Source: Saccostrea cucullata (Eukaryota). From it: a DNA stretch of 64,000 nucleotides. The stretch lies in contig NW_026931120.1 in assembly GCF_032062105.1 (NCBI RefSeq), positions 124,001 through 188,000 on the forward strand, written 5' to 3'. This document shows positions 40,873 through 53,142 of this stretch, piece by piece. A model generated the notes under the pieces. The model worked only from the letters and a program-made list of their open reading frames with translations, did not search any database and was not told where the DNA came from. Position 1 is the first letter of the stretch. Every line of letters starts with the position of its first letter. Both the position numbers and the translations under genes were made by a program.

Positions 40873-41054
40873 TTAGGGCAGAGATCCTGAACAAGCCACA
40901 TCCATATAACAATCCCAGAATGCCTTCCTTTCAGCAGCAACCACACCTGCCTGTACACATATACGAGGGGGTACCGCGGTTACGTTTTCCATATCCTGTC
41001 CGCTTCCGTGATTAGAGTACACTGGAGCGTATCTCCGATAACACACCGCATCTT
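40873..41054 (-). CDS. Distal terminal exon B of the Q/P-rich gene (paralog of exon A)
   Basis: Phase-1 acceptor ttttgcag; (E)DAVCYRRYAPVYSNHGSGQDMENVTAVPPRICVQAGVVAAERKAFWDCYMDVACSGSLP*. Confidence 0.8.
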
Positions 41055-44000
41055 CTGCAAAATGAAAGTTCTGCTTAAATGGTTGTGAGAGTAGTATACC
41101 CACAATTTAAAAAAGTAAGGTAATCAAATACAAATACTCACCAGTATGAAGAAATTCTACTTTGTGTACTACTACATGGGTTAAACGAACTACATGTAAG
41201 TACTAGAAACAGGTGAACTTAGTTACACTAGGTCCATAATAGAGATTTACTCTGAACTTTTGAACAAGAAATGATCATATTAATTTGGCAAAAATGTGAA
41301 CGTCATGTACATGCAAGCACTCTGTTCTAGACTGCTCTATAACTCAATGCACATTTGATAAGGTACAGCATACTTTATTTGAACATACCCTATGCAAACG
41401 TGATCATTCAAAGTGGTCCCACCCATCCCCATAGGTCATGAATTGATTGAACAAAATTGAATATATAACTACTTGAGGATGCTTCTATTAAAATATATTT
41501 CATGATTCCTTTGCTGGTCATGATATTTTTAAAAGATGTTTTCTTTTGGATTCCTTTGTAAAACTGGCCCCGCCCTACCCCAGGGGTTGTGGTTTGGTTC
41601 CTTTTTGAAATTTACGTAAGCAATCATGGACTCATATATAATTTGATGATAAACATGATGTAAAATATTGACAATACAAGTTGATGAAACAAGTGCATGC
41701 TTTACCTATGAACAATTTCTAAAACGAGGAAAATTATTGACAAACAAGTTGATGAAACAAGAATATCAGCAGTTTCGTTTAAAGTCATCATTTCGTAAGT
41801 TCTTTGGTCGATACAATGACCTTGTCAGCAAATACGATTTATCATTGAGTCAGATGCTGACCTAAGTTTTTATACTAATTGTAAGCCCATTATTTATACA
41901 CTGAGTTGTCTGCGGATTTTTCCGTTTCCCCCTCGTTCATGACAAGTAGCACAAGGCGGGTGTGACTGGTCAGCAGGGATCTCTCTCCTCCATGGCACCT
42001 GATCCAAACCTCTGATGTTTTAGAGGTCCGTGCTTGCTCTTCTCCTATTTTGTATTCTTTTATGGACTTTGATATTGAATACTGTTCGTTATCTCCATAT
42101 CTTTCATGAGAATCATTTTATTTGAATTTTTTTTCAAAAATAAATGTAAGCAAAACATATTTTTATCTAACAAAAATTAAAAAAGAGTTATTCTCTCTTT
42201 TCAATGTCTGAATAATATTACTCATTGCAGCATGTTTAACCTCATGCGACAGTGCCTGAAAAAAACTTACTGTGTTGTTTTTGGGCTTAAAATGAGAAAT
42301 CTCATTTCTTTCCGTTAAAGATATTAATGTCTGTTATTAAACAATCCATCTATTTTTATTTTCTGCTTTGGTCAACTTCAAAATGAACAATTAACATATA
42401 TAATTTGGAAAAACGTGATCGCTCGACAAATACCACACCAAGACGTAAAAAATACGAATTTTAATCAAGTTTTGATTCACCAGGAATAAAAATATAGACA
42501 GTATGGAGCATATTTTGTAATTTATTTATCATTTAAACCGCATATATAGTAATGTTAATGCGATTTAAGAAAACAGTCACTATTTAAATACATACCGTTT
42601 TTAGAAAGCATTTCTTTAAAGTTAAAATAAATAAGTCAGAACGAATTATTAACTGCATGATTTTGAAAACATTAAAAGAGAAAAGACGTTGAGCTTCTAG
42701 AATTTGAGTGTACATGTATAATAAGACTGAGTAAAGATTTTAAATAACTGAGAAATGACTGCAAATTAAATGATTTCTGATACATTAAAGTTAATGAAAT
42801 GGCTCTTTTGTCTGCATTTGCGATACATATGTATAAATACACGACACACATGCACAGTTTTCTCCACGAAAATAATAATTCCATATCTTCTACATCACAC
42901 GTACACGTCGCCATGACACACTGGACGCCATGTTGTAAAGGCCACCATTTTCTTTTTGATTTTAAGGAGGAAAATTCTTGAAAATATATATAAAAGAGAA
43001 GTCTCCTCTGACTATTAACGGCATTAATAACAATGCCACTTCTCTCCTGTCTTTACACATTAGGGAATCCGGAACAGGCGTGGTCTTTGTAACATTCCCA
43101 GAATGCAGCTTGCTTGATTTTAACGATTTTTGAATCCTTGCACTGCCGTGGAGGTTTGAAGAACAGTTTTTTGCCTCCCTCTACATATTTTGGATCCCCC
43201 GGATAGATAGCGTTGTAATCCTGGTCACAAGTGAATCCTGAAAATTAAAATTCGATCAGAAGAATCTAACTTTCTTACAGACAATTGTCAGGAAAGCACA
43301 GTTTGTAAACGATTTAATGCTGGCACATGAACATGTATATATATTACTAAAACAGACTTACAGACAAAATGTAGTTAAAAATACAGGCATTAGACAATGT
43401 AAATATATGTAAAATAAAAAGACTTTTGAATTCATAAACATATATTTTTAATCTCTTTATGAAATTAAATGTTCCAATTAATAAAATTTTGATATTTTTT
43501 GCATATTTCTGAAGTTATCATATTTAAAATATTTGAAAACACAAAAATGCGAATATGTTTGTGGTATTTATACATATACATGTAAGTTATTATTGAAATA
43601 CAAGTACAAGCATTTACTTAGCCACCCATTTTACATGCAGCAAGATCAAAGCATCACAAAAGTTCTTGGTATAAAAAGTTTATATTTATATTTTCAACTC
43701 TTATAGAAATCTTTAAATTATCTTCTTTCAACATGTCACAGTTACACCATAAATCGGCAGATATGAATTTTGGATTCAATTTTTATGTTTGAATGACGAA
43801 AGATAGAAGAGATAACTTTTAGCTTTCTCTCTCTAAATGAACGAAAAAGGTATATGATCCAATGCAGGACTCCATAGCTGATTTAATCGTCACCAATGAT
43901 TTGTTAAAAAAAAACAAACAAACAAACAAACAAAACTCCAATCCCACCCCGTTGTGGTTAAATAAATTTTGCCTAATATAGAAAACTAAATTTTGCCTCA

Positions 44001-44476
44001 TGAAATTCATTTTTTGCCCGAAGTAGTACACAGAATTTTCACCTCTATGATAATTTTTTACCAATATAGTATACAAAATGTTGCCATACCAGGTATGTAA
44101 ATTTGATCAGATTTTCTATTTATCTCTCTATTTTTTTAACAGTAACTTACATAATTCCACAATTTTCCTCGAATTAGTAAAATAAATCTTCGACTTTATG
44201 CTTTAGTTGAAAATAATCTTACCTTATATGAAACATATCTTCAAACGAAAGAACTGTCGTCACTAGCAATGCCCTGTGTCACTTTATGCTTATACAATTG
44301 AAAATAATCTTACCAAAAATATGTAACAAGCTTCAAACAAAATAGAACTGATTATTACATATAACACTTGCTTTGTACTTGCTAGTAAGCTCAGAAACTA
44401 TTTTTATTCATACTTGAAGCAGAGAATTGCACTATTGTAATGAAAAAGCGAGTTATTAGCAGCTTTAACATCTTTT

Positions 44477-44512
<36 letters not shown>

Positions 44513-47500
44513 TTAACTTTTATAAACATACAGCTGTGTGCACACACATAAATTGCACACAAACAGAAATTATGGCAAACAGAAATTGTAAACACTTTAA
44601 TAGAATGAAGTCGATTTGCATATCGATGGGAAAGGATTTTTTTTAACAATGTAATGATATTTAAGAGACATGTTTTAGTAAAGAGATACATTGATCAAAT
44701 TTGTGATGAACAATAAATGTCAAAATAACACCGCCAAAATGCCTCCCTTTCAGCTTTCACGATTTCATCTCGAACACACTTCGCCTGCGGAGGCGGAAGT
44801 TTGACGTCATTCATACTCAGTGACGCGTTTTTAGCCAACATTTCGCCAACTTCATAATCAGGAAGATATCGTTTGTAGCAAGTATTTCCTATAGAAACAA
44901 ATTTTAAGAATGGAGGCGTACAAGGCTAGGACAATCCCCCGCTCTGAGAAAAGACATTTATCAATTCTTAAATTTCATGAAAGCTATATTTTTCAAAATT
45001 ATTATGGTTTATATAATCTTTTACACATTTAATTCTGTATTTCATTGTTTTAATATTTTATTAATAATTTATTTTTCACTCATGTTTTTAGGATATTTGA
45101 AAACAAAAAAAAGGAAAAGCTTCAAGTATGATTCGAACACACTTCATAGCGAAGGGTTTATAGCAACACCCACCGCGTTAACCACTACGCTACGAAGTAT
45201 ATATGCATTACAGTTGTCTGTCAGTGTGATTTAAATGAACGGGTTTGTTGAAGGGTATACTTTTTCAGAATTGTTCGATTTTCATATAGAATGGGTTCAG
45301 ATTCCATTTTTTGACAAATGAAATAGATTTCACATTTACGTTTCCATCATTTAAGCTTTAACGAAGAATGGAGACTTGACCCATTCATGTTTTATGGCTC
45401 TAGTAAACCCATTTTCCACTAAATATGCTTAACTGTCAACTTTGAAATAAAGTTTGTCAAATGATAAATCGTTCAGTAAAGTAAAATAATAAAATGTTTT
45501 GAAGATGACATTACTGAGAACATGATTTTAGAAAAATATTACTTTTCCGTGAATTTTGAAAATTGAGAAATATATTGTCTCAGAGCGAGGATTTGTCTAC
45601 GCCTTTTACACCCTCTTTCTTTGCATATTTAAATGTATGCACAAGTACTCTACATATTTATAGTTTTATTCATTTTCTTAAAATTGTAGTATTAATAAGT
45701 AAACTAAACATAAAACATCAATATACGAGTACATTCTTTGTAAGCAGGTGCACTTTAAATAGGCATGCTGTGCTGACATAGACAATGATGCAGATAAATT
45801 TAAAAATTTTGAAAAAAAAAATTAACAAAAAAGGCACATGTTCAATGTAAAAATTTTGCATGATAATACAAAATGATTGTTTTTACTTACCTAAAGAGCA
45901 CGGACAGAGATCGTCACATCGATCACCAAGACCGGGGGTGCGGACCCAACATTTTCCAGCAGCTGTTATAAATATATTTACAAACTTAATAAGAATTTTC
46001 ACAATAAAATTCAAACTTTATTCAAATAATTTCTATCATCACTCATATAAAATATGCTTCACAATTGCAAACAACGAAACTCGACGTGTAATGGGCATAT
46101 GCAAATGTTTTTTTTTTATCTTATTGAGCCTAAGCTTACTGCTTGTAAGTGAAAAAGGATTTAAGTGAAATTCAAGTTTAAAAAAAATAAAATTTGATCT
46201 AGACTTACTTTGATAGGGATTTAAACTGTTGGGACCATATGTGGCCATGTCCAGTAGCTGTCTATCAGGTCCGTAACAACATCCCACCTTACATTCCTGT
46301 GTGGTGTAGCAGAGGGTTCCCTCACCCATCACGGTGGAGGAAACGGGGGGAGCGGGTGTGGTTACAACAGGAGCTGGACAAAGATCAAGAGCAGAGGTTA
46401 AAAAATATTAACTCCAGAAAGTATAAAGAATATTTCACCTCAAGGACACACAATTGTATTGTTTTGTATTGTCTTGGTTACAATTTTTTGTATTTTTTTT
46501 TCAGTATTTCCGAGTAAAATAAATATTCAACAATTAAATAAATATTCAATTAAATTAGGCCTAGTAGATATCTAATATGAGATATATATATAGATAGATA
46601 CATGTAGATAGATAAGGCGTGTCTTGCAAATAAAGAAATGCAGGATATTTAATGCCAGTTATAAATCACGTGACAGTTTCTGATGAATATCTATGATTAT
46701 TTTTTTCATAGCTCAGTTTTATGAATTAACGTTAACAAAATCTTTATTAGATACATATATAGATAATATACATAGATATATATAATGTTCAGTTTTCATC
46801 ATTCAAACAGAACAAACAAAGGTAGGTGAACTAATTCCACTGTCTTCCAAATTTTACCAATATATCTCCAGATGGATAATCAAAGAACCAGGTAGTGCAT
46901 AAAAGTAATACACAGAATTATTAGTAAAGACAAAATACAATTGCCGTAAACTCAAATGAACTGAAAAAGAAAGTCTGATAGAAATAAATGTGTGTGAATA
47001 TAGGTGATAAAAGAGGTAGTAGGTAGGATATAAGTGCAGAGAAGTGAAAATTAAGCGAAGTGTGCAAACCGACTAGTCAACGTTAGTTTATATGGTATTA
47101 TTTCAAAACATTGTGTTTAGAAAATTATATTAATAATTATGTTAACAGTCGGTATACGAAGAAGCTAGGCGCCGTGTCCATTTCGTTAATACAATAAAGC
47201 TCTGTGCGTATTTAACCTGGGGTAGGAGGCACGTATGCGGGCGTAGTGGGCTGATAGATCATAGCAGCAGTGGTCCAGGGCGCTTGAGGAGCGGGGGTTG
47301 CAATAGGGTCGGGTCTGCCGGCAAAAATAGGCTTAACAGGGGCAGCAGGTACATTCTGAACGTTAGGCTGAACACCGCCTTGTTGTCCCGGTTTGCCAAC
47401 AAAAGGCTGTCTTTGTTGAACCTGTGGCTGCTGATAAGGTGGTTGTTGCTGTTGTTGTTGTTGAACACCTACACCTGGTTGCTGGGGCTGATAAACTTGT

Positions 47501-50047
47501 TGTTGTTGACCAGGTTGTTGATTTTGTAGATAATCAGCAAATGAAGCGCTTGATTGAGTAGTTGTTCCTAATTGTAATGTTTCGGGAAGACCACCGGGCA
47601 TTTGTTGATTGCCCTGTGATTGTTGCGGTGGGTACGGACCTTAAATTTTTCAAATTAATGGAATATCATTTTGAAATTTGTTTTCATTAAAGTTTCAAAG
47701 TATGTATTCAAATCTATACAACAAAATGTATATATCATATATTTTCAAAACACTTATAATTCTTGTTTTATTTCTGAGTACTAAAATCAGTCTTACCTGG
47801 TTGTTGCCACTGATTTTGCATTTGTTGTTGCTGTTGCCATTGGTTTTGTGGATCAGGTTGAACTTGCTGGGGTTGTTGTTGTTGTTGTTGCCATTGATTT
47901 TGTGGATCAGGTTGTTGTTGTTGTTGTTGTTGATTTTGAGGTGGATACCACTGGTTTTGCTGAGGCTGTTGTTGAGGCTGTTGGTTATTCTGTTGGGGAG
48001 GCTGGTATTGCTGTTGTTGGGATCCAGGTCCTTGATACCACTGCTGCGGTTGCTGTGGTTGCTGGGGTTGAACCTGGGGTTCTTGTTGTTGAGGTGGCCA
48101 CTGTTGTTGTTGTTGTTGACCTTGTTGACCAAGTGTATTTACTTGAGGTTGATTATTTTGTGGGGGTTGATACCACTGGTTTGACTGTTGTTGTTGTTGC
48201 GGTTGTTGTGGTCCTTGATTAGGCTGTTGATATTGGGGTTCTGGATTTTGAGCAGGTCCTTGATTCCAGCCTTGTTGCTGAACTGCAGGTTGCTGCTGCT
48301 GTTGAGGTGGTTGGCGAGCTTGTTGTGATGGTTGCTGATTATTATTCCACTGCTGTTGAGCTGGTTCTGGTTGAGTTCCCTGCTGAGATGTTTGCGGATT
48401 GTTCCATTGTGGCTGTGGCTGTTGTGGCCAACCTTGCTGTCCCGGTTGTTGAGATTGTGGTTGTTGGTATATTTGTTGTGATTCAGTTGGTTGTGGCTGA
48501 AATTGTTGCTGTGGTTCTTGCTGTTGTTGATAGGGTGATTGTGCTACTGGTTGCTGCTGCTGATATTGTTGTTGTGGGTCGGGTTGTTGTTGCTGCTGCT
48601 GTTGTCGCTGATACGGCCAGCCTCCTTGTTGTTGTTGCTGCTGCTGCTGTTGTTGATTTGAACCAACTGTTTGTGGATATTGCACATTACTAGACGGCTG
48701 CTGATTTGGATATTGTTGTTGTGGTTGTTGGTTTTGTTGCTGTTGTGGTGTTCGATCTGGTCCAAATGCAAATGGTTGACTCTACAGAAACCAAGAAATA
48801 ATTCAAAATCACATGAGATGCCAAATAGTTCTAATTATTTGTCAAAAAACAGTCAATATAGAGAGAAATTACTATAATGTCGTGTTTTTTAAAATGTGTA
48901 TAGTTCGGTTTAATGCGTTTTCTCCTTTCATGTCCAAGAACAAGTGCCTGTTCTAATTTTTCATGATGAAGAATTCCTTATTTTTATAACCGTGTCTTGT
49001 TACCTGTGCCTGACTTAGTTTGGTCTGGGAGGTTTGCTGGACGGGTTGGGGGATCTGGACTGTTTGTGGTCTCTTCACTGCCTGGGGCCGCTGTATTGTT
49101 TGTGGTATCTGAACCGTTTTCTGTGTGCCTCCTCTACCTGCCGTTCTCTTCCATGTGCTTGACGGTTTAAAAGAAAATGTCCTTTTCCCTCCACCGGCTG
49201 TAAATGTTTGCTGAAAACATAAGGAATATTAATAATTATTAATGATATTCTGCCTTCGAGAAAAGAGATATGAACATTGTTTTAATTTCCTGTTGTGAAA
49301 TTTAAAGAAGAAAAAAATTAGTGATTCCTACTCTTTATGTCTTTGTTACATCAGGTGTATAGCAACAGATGAACAAATAAAACGTAACGATGTATATAAC
49401 ACTAAAACATTTCTGTATTTTGTAGTATATACATAACTTTTCTCATGAGTCACATTTAAAATTATTAACCAAACATTTCTGTATTTTGTAACATTTACAT
49501 TATTTTTCTCATAAGTCACATTTAAAAATTTTAACCAAACATGTCTGTATTTTGTAACATATACATAATTTTTCCCCATAAGTCACATTTTAAAATTTTA
49601 ATTCCAATTCTGCATGGCCGTTGGATTGAATATATATATGAAAAAAACAAAGGTGTTTTATGGCTTATGCCATAATGACTTATCCCACACATTATGCAAA
49701 GAAAATATGCAAGACATACATAGATGATTGCCCTCAAAAATAATATCATTATTCAGCAAGTCATGTTATAATGTATTGTGCCTATTTTGAATGGCATATC
49801 AACTACATTAGAAAAAGGTTTCATTATCGAATAATTATAATAAATTTCAGTTTAAATCATGGTGACAGTTGAATGCAATTCTAATTCAACAAATTGCTAA
49901 CAATGATCGCTCATTCATGGGTCACTGTGTTCATAAACTTGCTGTGTGTATGATGGACATATTTGGACACTCCCTTATACATAGATAATTTTGATTAATA
50001 ATTTATTAAATATAAGAAATATTGAAGAATGTGCGATTGGTCCACGT

Positions 50048-50083
<36 letters not shown>

Positions 50084-53000
50084 AAAACAACAATCATGTC
50101 TAAATATAATAAATGTATGAATGAATAAAAAAGATATAGATATAAATAACATATATTTTGATATAATTATTTTTTTTAAATGATGAAAGAAAAAAAATTC
50201 GAAATCTTATTTACAGCTATTTAAAGAATATTCATATTTACATAATACATGTTTAAACTACTAGCAATTCATTTTTGAGAGACGTGCAGAGTGCTTTGCA
50301 CGGACAACTCAAAGCGGATTCGTAGACAATTCGTATCCTGTCTTTAACAAAAGCTTTCAATTTGATTAATATGTGTAGGCACTTTCTCAAGACAATTTAC
50401 ATACGATTTTGCAAATGAGCACGTTCTACATTCAAACGACCATGCAAGTTGCACGACAGTTTTAAGCTCTTTCTTTGTCAACAACAGCGCTGCAGTCAGT
50501 GTACACGCTTTGAAATTAGCACTGTACATGTACGTTACTTACGGGTTTTCAATATGGACAGGAAACGTGTCTACTTATCAGAAATAAATAAAATCTATCT
50601 ATTTTGATAATTGTTTCGAATTGTTACAGTACACTGAACAACACACAGCTCTCAACATATGTACGCAATATATATGTATCACTGCTTTAAAACGACATCT
50701 GACATAATCAATTAAAGATTCAATTATTCATTTTTTCCCTAAAATGTCTAAGACATGAATACCGTATTTTAATGTCATAGGTTATGTGTTAATTTTTGTT
50801 GACAGATTGATTTAATGATACATATTTCATAGGAGTCTCATACTAATTGAATCTGTGTCTTTTTTATGACGCTTGCCGTGAAAGATCTGTCATTTTATGA
50901 CATAAAACCAATCATGTATAGATTAAGTTATTAATTTCATCACATAAATCTTAGAAAAAGATTTATTTTCATTTAGATACTGCTTAATTGTTTAAAATGG
51001 TAAGATTGTAATTTAACAAAACAGATATACATTTGTAACAATAAATGATGTAAATTTTGAATATGAAATAAAGATTTATTGAATTTGTTTTGTTTTGTGA
51101 GAATTTTAATCTGAAAAATTTGAAACGCCAGAAACTGACTCAAAATAATAGTTTTCTACATCATGTGTTTAAGGACAGATGATACAAACAAAAAATGATG
51201 CCTGGAATGGTAATATTTTTGGGACTATTTTTGGTGTAAATGATAATAAATCAAAATCAACAGAAGTTGTAAACCTTCTATATCATGTTCAAATTCTACT
51301 TTTCTGCAACCATCCTTATCATTCTTTGCATTTTTTGTTACTTAAATTCCCAGTAATATGAATCTTTTAATAAAAAAAAAGTATACGGTTAAAAGTTTCA
51401 TTCTACTCATATAAGTAATACTTCATTTTTTTTTTATTTTCAATTTTTTTTTTAAAGTTTGTTTGTATCATGTCCTTTAACAGGTAAACAGGGTTATTTA
51501 GGAAAAAATAGGACATATCCTGAAAATGAGATAAATAGATTTGCCTGAGCAATCATACAAATGTACCTTTTTTCTTAAATAAAGGGGTTGATTATATGTA
51601 TAAATATAATAATTATATGTTAGTAAAAGTCTGAAGTATTTTTCTCCAAGAAGACGAACTACATATTAAAGACTAATTTGCATAATGCTTGTTGTGATTT
51701 CTATTGATTCTCATAAAGAAGCAAGAATAATTAAAATTAATTAATTGTCCGACGGGTTCAAACTCAGATAACAAAACCATTTGTTCTTCTGGGGGTGGAT
51801 CAAGGATTTTATGTTGTAAAGGGGGCCAGGATGCAGGGACAAAACCAACGGAAATTCTGTTCACAGGACTCCTTGCTGTTTTATTGTTTCTTTAAAAATG
51901 GCCGTCTTAATTAATTTATGTTACATGCATGCTCGTAATTAAGACTTTTTTGCATTGTACAAATTTAATGAAATTTTAAACGGTAAGTAATATATTTTGT
52001 ATTTATGAAGTACATCAAACACTCTCTCACTGTTTGTTTATTTCATTTATTTAAATATTCATTTTATTTTTCTACTCATTGCTTTAAAAAAAAGACTTAT
52101 TCATTGAACAACGTATCAATTTCATGAAGAGAATCAACAATACAAAAAGTTAAAAAAGAAATTCTGTTCACTGAGTTTTCATATCTAGATAAATCAATCA
52201 TGGATTATTCTACGTAAGTTATTCATTAGGGATATTATAAAAAGGTATTTTATAATTGTTCATCACGATTCCCGACATAATAATTAATTTCAGTTTGACA
52301 GTCTTAAAATTACGTACATGAAATGCATTAATTTAGTGCCTGTCTACTAGATAAACGAAGCCTATGTTACTTCACGCGCTGCTATTTTTCATCGTTTTAA
52401 TTATGGAAATATATTATTCACTATACACCTTTCAAACCACGGAGTCTTGTATCAAGTAGACACATCGGTGCAAAGGGTTTGATTATAGAAATAAAGTTCA
52501 ATAAAGGAATTATTGAAGTCTATATTTCATGTAAAAGAAATATTCAGTTGTACAGAGGGTCAATTTACTGTGACAAATAGAGAAATTGTGGTCACACACA
52601 ACGACTTACGAGAACATTTCCGTGTACGACAAGGTAACAAGCATTAAAGGCGAGATGTTTACTTGTCATAATAAGAAAAGCATTTCCATATAAATATAAT
52701 TATTTATCGTAAATGAAGTTTACGCATTAATGACATTTCACATTGGATAAAATTATTCATAAATTTTCTCAACTAAAATTGAAAATAATCATTAAAAATA
52801 TAAGACCTAGAAAATTTTTCTCATGTGAAATGACATTTCCATATCTAATTTTTTTTCTTCATACTTACCAACTGAGTTTTGAACTTATTTAGCAGTAATA
52901 TAAGGAACAAATAAAATGTTAAAAGGAAGAAAGATAAACTTATCAGAATCCATTTTCGAACTCCGATCAAATCCACATTTAATCCGAAATCCACATGTAA

Positions 53001-53142
53001 CTATTAATAGAAAATATACCAAATCCATATTCAACGAATGACAATATCTTTCATAAATATTTACCCCATAGACAGAAGAAAGACAAACGTTCATCGAAAG
53101 TAAAAGAGTCACAGAAAGTCTTAAAATCCTGCGGCGCTCCAT
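40873..53142 (-). CDS. Secreted Gln/Pro-rich low-complexity protein (~704 aa) with a C-terminal 12-Cys colipase/prokineticin-like domain and two alternative last exons
   Basis: Exons 53142-53065 (signal peptide MERRRILRLSVTLLLSMNVCLSSVYG), 49210-49004, 48781-47797, 47639-47217, 46373-46209, 45962-45891, then 43237-43053 or 41054-40873. All have canonical splice sites and compatible phases (0,0,1,1,1,1). Confidence 0.88.
41385..41600 (+). repeat. Degenerate Cg170/Helentron-associated satellite-like monomers
   Basis: cccacccatccccataggtcatga...aacaaaattgaatatataactacttgaggatgcttc...ggccccgccctacccca resembles the oyster ~166-bp satellite (recognised from memory, not searched). Confidence 0.45.
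41665..42105 (+). mobile_element. 5'-truncated Penelope-like element lying between the two alternative last exons
   Basis: ACFTYEQFLKRGKLLTNKLMKQEYQQFRLKSSFRKFFGRYNDLVSKYDLSLSQMLT plus the conserved 3' tail. Confidence 0.85.
43053..43237 (-). CDS. Proximal terminal exon A of the Q/P-rich gene
   Basis: Phase-1 acceptor ttttcag; (G)FTCDQDYNAIYPGDPKYVEGGKKLFFKPPRQCKDSKIVKIKQAAFWECYKDHACSGFPNV*. Confidence 0.85.
44479..44508. repeat. (CT)n microsatellite; a (GA)n tract also lies at ~50052-50081
   Basis: Direct inspection. Confidence 0.9.
44920..45608. mobile_element. Probable ~690-bp MITE
   Basis: Left ggacaatcccccgctctgagaaaagacattt vs right aaatatattgtctcagagcgaggatttgtc (imperfect inverted repeats). 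Confidence 0.45.
49403..49595. repeat. 66-bp tandem repeat, ~3 copies
   Basis: aaacat.tctgtattttgta...agtcacattt at ~49405, 49471, 49537. Confidence 0.85.

Noticed and set aside
47797-48781. Homology to plant gliadin/glutenin, or contamination
   Set aside because: Compositional similarity only; the exon is embedded in a coherent spliced gene among host-type repeats.
47259-48877. Poly-Leu, poly-Val and poly-Asn ORFs overlapping the Q/P-rich exons
   Set aside because: Alternative-frame and antisense shadows of CAA/CAG repeats; only the Gln frame has matching splice sites and phases.
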